Shown: piece after piece, positions 1 through 6,760 of the stretch
Position numbering within the stretch: the stretch's first letter is position 1
How the letters are laid out: each line of letters opens with the position of its first letter
Assembly (NCBI GenBank): GCA_019057865.1
Contig: JAHLWP010000052.1
Location: 1 to 22,065 of the forward strand
Source: Promethearchaeota archaeon
GTDB taxonomy: Archaea; Asgardarchaeota; Lokiarchaeia; Sigyniarchaeales; SOKP01
Direction: 5' to 3'
DNA length: 22,065 nucleotides
Made by a program: the position numbers and the translations under genes
Notes under the pieces: model-generated
What the model was told of the DNA's origin: nothing
What the model saw: the letters and a program-made list of their open reading frames with translations, nothing else
Database searches by the model: none

Positions 1-142
1 AGTATTTAGCTTTTTCGTGTTATAGGGTTTGTTAGATTAGGATTAGGCTTGTTTTTTAAGATAAGTTATGCATGCTATGGGTTTGAGTATTTAGCTTTTT
101 CGTGTTATAGGGATTGCTAGATTAGGATTGGACTGTTTTTGA
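1..142. repeat. Non-coding direct repeat, 85-bp period, two visible copies (may continue upstream of the window)
   Basis: AGTATTTAGCTTTTTCGTGTTATAGGG is identical at 1-27 and 86-112, followed by near-identical tails (tttgttagattaggattaggcttgttttt vs attgctagattaggattggactgttttt). Confidence 0.85.
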
Positions 143-301
143 ATGTTGATATAAGAGGATATGATATTTATAGAGCTAGATTAGTCGAATAAGGTTAGCC
201 ATAGCGAGATTTTTTACCTATTTGCTGCGAAATTCACCCTATAATAAAAAAAAGGTGATAAAAAAATTATAAAATATTCAACTTATAAGCCTAATATTAT
301 A

Positions 302-682
302 ATGGATGTGTCTAACGTGGCATTTAATAGAAATTTAGATATTCCTCCAAAAGTAGGAAACATAAACATCGGCTTTTATACATTTGTAAAAATAGGATAT
401 TATGTTATCGGGATTGCAGATAAATCTTTAAAATCCCATCTTGATTATCCTAATTGGTATAAAAGTAAATATATCGCTAATAATTACTTTACTGAAGTCG
501 TCTACGCAGACCCAGTAATTGTAGGTCTGTCTTATATATTTAAGTGCCCTATAATAACGAACGATAAATATAGACAATATGAGGGAACAGAGTTGGAAGA
601 ATGGTTGAACAAGGTATTAATTCCCTTTAAAATTATTGACGGCAAGTTTAATTTGGTTGCAAAAAGAGACTCTTACGATTAA
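302..682 (+). CDS. Zc3h12a/Regnase-like NYN/PIN-domain ribonuclease (true start probably about 266)
   Basis: Motifs (NII)MDVSNVA (cf. vIDGSNVA), IADKSL, YAD and IITNDKYRQY carry the acidic PIN catalytic residues. The frame is open upstream to 248 and supplies the first beta-strand; AGGTGA RBS at 253-258. Confidence 0.75.
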   Translation: MDVSNVAFNRNLDIPPKVGNINIGFYTFVKIGYYVIGIADKSLKSHLDYPNWYKSKYIANNYFTEVVYADPVIVGLSYIFKCPIITNDKYRQYEGTELEEWLNKVLIPFKIIDGKFNLVAKRDSYD

Positions 683-688
683 ATTTGC

Positions 689-925
689 TTACTTTTTTTT
701 ATATTTTTCAAATAAATCTATACTTTCGTATTTTCTATTAGGATTAATTTTAATCTTGTCATTTAATTTGATTTCAACAGTTTCTTTTATATTTTTAGGG
801 ATTTCCTCTTCCCACCAATCTTTCCTATAGAATGAATTCAATTTGTCTTTAATTGTAGTTCTAATTTTTTTCTCAAATATAAATATTTGAGACATTACTT
901 TATCTATTGTACAGGAATTAAGCAC
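689..925 (-). pseudogene. Truncated N-terminal half of a Swt1-like HEPN domain
   Basis: IFIFEKKIRTTIKDKL..FYRKDWWEEEIP matches the Swt1-HEPN pattern E..lR..I...L....WW...ip. It stops before any RxxxxH motif. Confidence 0.6.
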
Positions 926-1045
926 ACAACGATTATAGAAGATGCAAAATATTTTGCCAAGGAATTGAGGGATTCTTGAATCATCCTAATGAATTCAATG
1001 AAATTAAAGGATTTTGAACCTCTCACGCTTTAGAATCCCATGGAA

Positions 1046-1092
1046 AATCTTATTCAAACGGCTGATTAATCTTATTCAAAATGGCTAATTAA
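1046..1092. repeat. Short tandem duplication (22-bp period)
   Basis: aatcttattcaaa occurs at 1046-1058 and 1068-1080, each followed by ggct(g/a)attaa. Confidence 0.6.
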
Positions 1093-1106
1093 GAATATTA
1101 GAAATC

Positions 1107-1590
1107 TCAAAGATTAAATCCATATATCAATTTTACTCGTTTTTTAAAATCTCTTAAAAAAACCTGAACTCTTTCGGCGGCAACCATATTATCCCAACCC
1201 ACTCTATATTTTTCCTTTTGTTTGAATAAAGGTTTGATGTCAAAAATATTCTCTACACCTAGCGAATGCAAAGGAATTACTTATTAATTCTAAATGTCCT
1301 GTACCCATTTCAATTTTAGTAAATAATTTGTTGAATATTTCTTTGAAATCACCATCATAAAACCTATTTAATATAGCTTCATAATCTTTTAGAGAAATTC
1401 TGTCTATAAAGAATTCAATTTCACTTTTTGGATCTAAGGGATATTTGGGTATATCACTTTTAGGAATTATGCTATAATTTGGTTTAGGATTTAAAATGCC
1501 AATTTTATCCATTAATTGATGCAAGATTTGAACATATAATCTTGCCTGGGGTTGCCTTATTCCTAATCCAGTAAAACTTAAAAAAAACGT
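1107..1590 (-). pseudogene. Frameshifted Swt1-like HEPN protein (includes ORF 1240..1524)
   Basis: DRISLKDYEAILNRFYDGDFKEIF...HLELISN resembles the HEPN core. A second frame from about 1278 continues IPLHSLGVENIFDIKPLFKQKEKYRVGWDNMVAAERVQVFLRDFKKRVKLIYGFNL* (TGA at 1109-1107). Confidence 0.45.
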
Positions 1591-1627
1591 AAAATAAATA
1601 ATAATCCTTTATTTAACCAAAGATATA

Positions 1628-2599
1628 GTGATAACTATTAATTTTCGAATTAAGGGTAAAATAATTCCTATAGAAAAGAAACCTATAACTCCCAAAGAGA
1701 TGAAATTATTCGAGACTATACGCATTCCTATAATTAAAGTCATCCGCCAACCGGAAAAATTTCATCTCGATACCGAGTTAAATGTTAATGTAAGTTTTGT
1801 TCCCTTTAGAAGTATTGCAGATGAATTACTTCTAGATGAAAGGCTAGTCTCAGATAACAGAAAAAAAGAGAGCTTCAATAAATATAAGGAATTTAAAGGT
1901 ATTACTTTTTATAATTCAGGAATAGTTGGTGATGTTATTAAGGAAGAGTATAGCGATTTTATAATATGTTATATTGCTATTCGCCCAACATATCCGGTTC
2001 TAATATTTAGGACATTCCTTCATGAACTTGTTCATGTAAAATTTAGAGAAAAATTTGAAGAATGGCAAACTCCCCTCGATGATGACCATTATTATGTAGA
2101 CTATACAGGATATATAAAATATAGTGTTAAAATAATCATAGGGGAATATCGAGCACATTATTTATCCAATTTCATTATTTTAACTGAGTTTATGATTGAG
2201 AATAAAGACCAAAATATACCTATTATCAAAGAAGACGCTTTAAATGTACTGTTAGATTATATTGAGAAAATTCCCAATGAAATGGAATTACTCGCAAGAT
2301 TAGATATTGAAGATGTAATAGATTATATTAGAGAAGTCTTGATCAAAATAGTAAATTTTATTGGTGTATGGAATGCATTTCATAAAACCAAAATTAAGTC
2401 AGAAGAATTTCCAAAAGTATGGGAACTTTTTTTAAAAAGTCTAATGAATACTCCAATAAAACAGGTCGCAAATGATTACTTTAATCTATTTAATGATGTA
2501 AAAGAAGAAATCGAAAATATAGATGAAAAAGTTTGTGTGTCCGCATTTACAAAAATATTCAATAAATTAAGAAAGAAAAAAAATATATCTGAGCTGTAG
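1628..2599 (+). CDS. HExxH zinc metalloprotease-like protein (zincin fold)
   Basis: 323-aa ORF with RTFLHELVH and a downstream GEYRAH supplying a possible third ligand (Glu). Confidence 0.65.
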   Translation: MITINFRIKGKIIPIEKKPITPKEMKLFETIRIPIIKVIRQPEKFHLDTELNVNVSFVPFRSIADELLLDERLVSDNRKKESFNKYKEFKGITFYNSGIVGDVIKEEYSDFIICYIAIRPTYPVLIFRTFLHELVHVKFREKFEEWQTPLDDDHYYVDYTGYIKYSVKIIIGEYRAHYLSNFIILTEFMIENKDQNIPIIKEDALNVLLDYIEKIPNEMELLARLDIEDVIDYIREVLIKIVNFIGVWNAFHKTKIKSEEFPKVWELFLKSLMNTPIKQVANDYFNLFNDVKEEIENIDEKVCVSAFTKIFNKLRKKKNISEL

Positions 2600-2616
2600 A
2601 ACAGTAAAGATATTAT

Positions 2617-2850
2617 ATGAAATCAAATATATTATATGAAATCAGAGATACAAGGGATTATGAAATGGGTATAGATAAAATCCTTTCTAAAATCATTAAT
2701 TTAATAAAAAAAATAACAGGTACAACAAATATAGAATTTCAATATTATACAACAAAGATGAAATTTAAAAAATTATCGGGAAAATCTCTAAAATTTATTA
2801 TTCCTGCTATAGTATCAATTATGTCGTTTGTTATTAAGTTAATATTTTAA
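2617..2850 (+). CDS. Small hypothetical protein with a hydrophobic C-terminal helix
   Basis: ATG 17 nt after the previous stop; C-terminus FIIPAIVSIMSFVIKLIF. Confidence 0.4.
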   Translation: MKSNILYEIRDTRDYEMGIDKILSKIINLIKKITGTTNIEFQYYTTKMKFKKLSGKSLKFIIPAIVSIMSFVIKLIF

Positions 2851-2913
2851 TCAATTTCAATAATTAATTTAAAGTTGTTTAATTATTTAATCAGGTATAT
2901 TAAGAAATAGAAG

Positions 2914-3159
2914 TTGATTTTATATTTTAGAGAAAAATTTGAAAATTTAGACTTAATTTTAGATTTAGATCAAAAAAAAGTTCTTTTTATATATTCTCTT
3001 TATTCTAGTGAAGAAAAATTAGAGTTTCTTCAGTATACTGGAATACTGGCTATTTGTTACTATTTAATGAAAAATGGTATCTTTCCAAATTATAAAGAAC
3101 TAGTATTAATATATGATTATAAAGATTCTAGACGTTATTTATGGGAAGATAATATTTAA
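2914..3159 (+). CDS. Hypothetical protein
   Basis: 81-aa TTG-start ORF co-oriented with its neighbours; no motif recognised. Confidence 0.4.
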   Translation: MILYFREKFENLDLILDLDQKKVLFIYSLYSSEEKLEFLQYTGILAICYYLMKNGIFPNYKELVLIYDYKDSRRYLWEDNI

Positions 3160-3164
3160 AAAAA

Positions 3165-3542
3165 CATTTGGCAAACATCCATAACATAAGTATAAATTGG
3201 CATAAATGTCCTCATTGCGACTATAAGGCTAAGCAAAAACCGAGCATAACAAGACACTTGGCAAATATCCATAGCATAGGTATAAATTGGCATAAATGTC
3301 CTCATTGTGACTATAAAGCTAAACAAGAATCGAACTTAACACAACATTTAGCTAATATCCATAACATAGTTATAAATTGGCATAAATGTCCTCATTGTGA
3401 CTATAAAGCTAAACAAAAATCGAACTTAACACAACATTTAGCTAATATCCATACCATAGGTATAAATTGGCATAAATGTCCTCATTGTGACTATAAGGCT
3501 AAGCGAAAATCTCATTTAACTATCCATTTAACTCGGAGTCAT
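3165..3542 (+). repeat. 90-bp coding tandem repeat (about 4.2 copies) encoding the zinc fingers
   Basis: tataaattggcataaatgtcctcattg recurs at 3191, 3281, 3371 and 3461. Confidence 0.95.
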
Positions 3543-3572
3543 GATTCAAGTACTAAAATTAAAAATGATTGA
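3168..3572 (+). CDS. Tandem C2H2 zinc-finger protein (four complete fingers plus a partial one at the N-terminus)
   Basis: Four units of C-x2-C-x12-H-x4-H (e.g. CPHCDYKAKQKSNLTQHLANIH) with a 30-aa period. Confidence 0.9.
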   Translation: MANIHNISINWHKCPHCDYKAKQKPSITRHLANIHSIGINWHKCPHCDYKAKQESNLTQHLANIHNIVINWHKCPHCDYKAKQKSNLTQHLANIHTIGINWHKCPHCDYKAKRKSHLTIHLTRSHDSSTKIKND

Positions 3573-3592
3573 AATTAGAGCTAAAATGTTTC

Positions 3593-3614
3593 TCGTGAAA
3601 GCGCCATTTTACGA
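3593..3614. terminator. Possible hairpin between convergent genes
   Basis: tcgtgaaa-gcgcca-ttttacga forms an 8-bp stem with one G-U pair, between the zinc-finger gene and the PRTase gene. Confidence 0.25.
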
Positions 3615-3670
3615 AATTTCATCTATACTTCAATTGTGATTATGAGAAGATTATTATGATTCAATATCAT

Positions 3671-4420
3671 CTAAGGTAGATTTGGATATTTTAAATATAA
3701 TGGATGTTTTCCTCTGCTTGTCCTAACAAATACAAGCCCAATTAACTTTTTTGGATGAAACTCTTGAATTATCTCAAAAATCCTACCAATTGTGTAGCCT
3801 GTATGTATTAAATCATCAATAATTATTCCAATATCATTATTAATAACTTGACTTATTTTTGGATTATATGAATCTTTTAATTTATATTTAATTTTAACAT
3901 AATTTTCTTTATCCTCAATTCTATTTATTTGGTTGTCAGTTTCTATAATTTCTAACGGATTTACCATTATTAAATTATTATCTAAAATTAGATTTTGAGC
4001 AATTCTCAAAAGAAGCTGATTTGATGTAGGAACCCATGATCCCCATTTTATATTAATTTTTTTTTTAATATTTTTAAATAGGGTGTTTAAAATAAGAAAT
4101 AATTCTTGGTAATATTTTTGTCCCTCTGCTATTCTCATTTTAATAATTCGTTTAGTAAATTTATTCAATGGATTGCCGGTATAATCTGTTTGGTAATATC
4201 CTACAAACTGAATTAAATAGTTTAATTCTAATCTTTCTAATCCTTGATGATGGGCACATTCTTCATCATTTTTTAAAGGATATCCACATATTTTACAACC
4301 CTTTTGAATAGGTCCACTAATTGTATAATAGACTTCCCATTTCTCGTTAATTTTTTTTGATAAGACGTATCCCTGAGAGGGAGTCATTTCAATTTTTAAA
4401 TTTCTAAAAATCATTTGCAT
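3671..4420 (-). CDS. ComF-like type I phosphoribosyltransferase with an N-terminal zinc-binding motif
   Basis: PRPP-binding loop IIIDDLIHTGYTI; CKICGYPL....ECAHH zinc motif; WVPT loop and C-terminal LVFVRT typical of ComF. Confidence 0.8.
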   Translation of the reverse strand: MQMIFRNLKIEMTPSQGYVLSKKINEKWEVYYTISGPIQKGCKICGYPLKNDEECAHHQGLERLELNYLIQFVGYYQTDYTGNPLNKFTKRIIKMRIAEGQKYYQELFLILNTLFKNIKKKINIKWGSWVPTSNQLLLRIAQNLILDNNLIMVNPLEIIETDNQINRIEDKENYVKIKYKLKDSYNPKISQVINNDIGIIIDDLIHTGYTIGRIFEIIQEFHPKKLIGLVFVRTSRGKHPLYLKYPNLP

Positions 4421-4425
4421 AAATT

Positions 4426-5160
4426 TTAATTTATGGAGTTCGATAGAATAATTAAAAGCCTATTAACAGATTCTTTTGAATGGTTTCCGTAGATCAATAG
4501 ATTCCCAGAAGAATCTAATCTTGCGGTCAGATCTTTCATTCGATTACCTTCTGAATCAGCGATATTCCATCTTATTCTAAATGTTATAACTTTAATCTGT
4601 TCTGAATCTTGAATTAATTGGTTAAAATAACCAATATTCTGTACATCATTAGTGCTTAAATTCAATTCTTTAATTAAATCGCCCTCTAAATATACTTTAT
4701 ATAAAATTAGTCTATGTAATTTTATACCATAACCTTCTTCAAGACATTGGCTTTTTAAGTTATTCCAAGTTTTTATTAATTTCTTGGGTTTGAAATCTTT
4801 TGGTAATATGTCAATATTGCTATTAAGATATTTTTCTATTAAATATCGTATTTCTCCTTGACCTCTTGCAATATATAACAAAATATCTTTTTGAATTAAA
4901 TTAATATCCTCTGGCACCCACACCTTAGTTTCTCCTGGCAATTGCATATTGTATTGATATCTAAGAGTATACGCGTTATCTGCTAAATTTTCATTTACAA
5001 GAATGTTGGGAGTTTTTATGTTTTTCTTTAATCTATCAATCTTCTGATTAACAGACTCTAGATCTCCTCGTACAGACTTAACATCATCCAACCACATAGA
5101 AGAAAATAAGCTTTTTAAATCAAATTTTTGTTTAATTCCATAAATTTTGTAAGATGGCAT
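4426..5160 (-). CDS. Hypothetical alpha/beta protein (operon gene 4)
   Basis: About 244 aa. The ATG at 5160 follows a GGAGTG RBS, so the GTG at 5169 used by the track is part of that RBS. C-terminal ITFRI...LTARLDSSGNLLIYG beta-meander. Confidence 0.8.
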   Translation of the reverse strand: MPSYKIYGIKQKFDLKSLFSSMWLDDVKSVRGDLESVNQKIDRLKKNIKTPNILVNENLADNAYTLRYQYNMQLPGETKVWVPEDINLIQKDILLYIARGQGEIRYLIEKYLNSNIDILPKDFKPKKLIKTWNNLKSQCLEEGYGIKLHRLILYKVYLEGDLIKELNLSTNDVQNIGYFNQLIQDSEQIKVITFRIRWNIADSEGNRMKDLTARLDSSGNLLIYGNHSKESVNRLLIILSNSIN

Positions 5161-5175
5161 ATTTTTCACTCCTAC

Positions 5176-6750
5176 TTATTGTATTGTTAATAAATATTCA
5201 TAAAAATCATTATTAATAGAAACGAGACTAACAGGATTATAGTCTAGTCGAACATTTGGTTCCCGTGTCGCATCATAATTATAATTGAATATATTCTGTC
5301 TTAAATAATTAAAGTTTGGATGGTTCATAGCTGTTTGATGGCCAATTATTATTAACTTTTTTTGAGCTCTTGAAAGACCTACTAAAATTCGATGCCTATT
5401 TTGCATGAATCGAGATCTTACATCCGGTTCTGCAAATGTTAATGAATAAAATACAATTTGTGCTTCCTGACCTTGAAATGCATCGACTGTATTAGCATTT
5501 AATCCAGTTGCTCTCCTTAGTCTTCTAGCTTGAGGCTTATAAGGAGTTACTATCTTCACATTATCATTATTAATTTCTAAGGTTGGAAAGGCTCTTTGAA
5601 GTAATATAGACAAACTACTTACAATTTCAACTTCCCTAATGTTTATTCGAGAGCTTCTTACTCTTGTATCCAAACTTATATCACCCAAGTTCGAAGTATC
5701 TATGACTACAACTGTTTTTTGTGGATTGAAAATACTATCTAAAAGATCTGAATATGAATCACTTTCAAAATTTTGATAATCTGGTAATAAATAAGAAGGA
5801 GCAGTAACATTCTCACTATCTCTTATCATCACTATTCTTCTAGCAAATCTAGATGATATATCTCTAATTGCAGGATGCATACGATATTGAATATTTAAAG
5901 TTATTTGTCTATTTTCAGGAATCCTAGAGTTTTCATATTCAGGAAGTCCTCTTAAGTAATCTATACAGCTATGAGTTAAAGGTTCCAATGATGAAATGGG
6001 GGATAATTGACAATCATCACCAATTAATCCAAAGGATCTTATTGAAGGATTTTGTGATATTGGAAGATACATTTCTGCAGGAGTCAATTGACTGGCTTCA
6101 TCAAAAAGAACTGTCTGCGATCTTATAGGATTTGGTAATCTAAGTAAATCATTACATGCATATATAGTCCCTACAAATACTATTCCATTATCTAACTGTT
6201 CTTGATGGACTCTAGGATCTTCATTACTAAATGGTCTGGGTCTGATAATATGGTTCCTAACAGATTCTGAAATATCTTCTTCATTGACGGTTTGAGCAAT
6301 AACTCTACGAAAATATATTTCCCATCCACGAATTCCAATGATGTTTAAAATCTCAAGAATTTTTTCAAAAATTCGATCTGCTCCATAGTTAGATGAAGTA
6401 CATAAAAATACTCTTGGCGAACTTGCTAGATATTGAGGATTACAGACGTATAAAAGTGCACCATATGCAATAACAGTAGTTTTTCCTGTTCCTGGCGGAC
6501 CAATAATAATACAACTTGAGAACTGTTGACGAGTTGGAGGATCAATTACATAAAATCGATCTGAACCTATAAAACTATCTAAAGTTGTGCTTTGAGTTCT
6601 CCTTATTCTTGTAGGAAAAACACTTGCTCTCCAAATTCTCCTAATTGCCTGTTTTTGACTATCATTTAAAGCATTCTCTAAATCACTAGACTCATTCAAC
6701 TTCTCTTGTATATAATCATTGATTCTATTAGTTATAATTTCCCACGACAT
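5176..6750 (-). CDS. Superfamily 1 helicase, UPF1/Dna2/NAM7-like (AAA_11/AAA_12)
   Basis: LNDSQKQA (Q motif), GPPGTGKT (I), TSSNYGAD (Ia), FDEASQ (II), GDDCQLSP (III), QYRMHPAI (IV), TVDAFQGQE (V), VGLSRAQ (VI). AGGTG RBS upstream. Confidence 0.93.
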   Translation of the reverse strand: MSWEIITNRINDYIQEKLNESSDLENALNDSQKQAIRRIWRASVFPTRIRRTQSTTLDSFIGSDRFYVIDPPTRQQFSSCIIIGPPGTGKTTVIAYGALLYVCNPQYLASSPRVFLCTSSNYGADRIFEKILEILNIIGIRGWEIYFRRVIAQTVNEEDISESVRNHIIRPRPFSNEDPRVHQEQLDNGIVFVGTIYACNDLLRLPNPIRSQTVLFDEASQLTPAEMYLPISQNPSIRSFGLIGDDCQLSPISSLEPLTHSCIDYLRGLPEYENSRIPENRQITLNIQYRMHPAIRDISSRFARRIVMIRDSENVTAPSYLLPDYQNFESDSYSDLLDSIFNPQKTVVVIDTSNLGDISLDTRVRSSRINIREVEIVSSLSILLQRAFPTLEINNDNVKIVTPYKPQARRLRRATGLNANTVDAFQGQEAQIVFYSLTFAEPDVRSRFMQNRHRILVGLSRAQKKLIIIGHQTAMNHPNFNYLRQNIFNYNYDATREPNVRLDYNPVSLVSINNDFYEYLLTIQ

Positions 6751-6760
6751 TTCTTACACC

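Noticed and set aside
1-142. CRISPR array
   Set aside because: Only two units are visible, similarity extends into the would-be spacer, the period is 85 bp, and no cas genes are present.
636-830. 64-aa hydrophobic plus-strand ORF
   Set aside because: Antisense shadow of the Lys-rich HEPN fragment; also overlaps the PIN gene.
3671-6750. Competence operon comFA-comFC
   Set aside because: The helicase is SF1 UPF1-like rather than SF2 ComFA, and no DNA-uptake genes are present, so no gene symbol was assigned.
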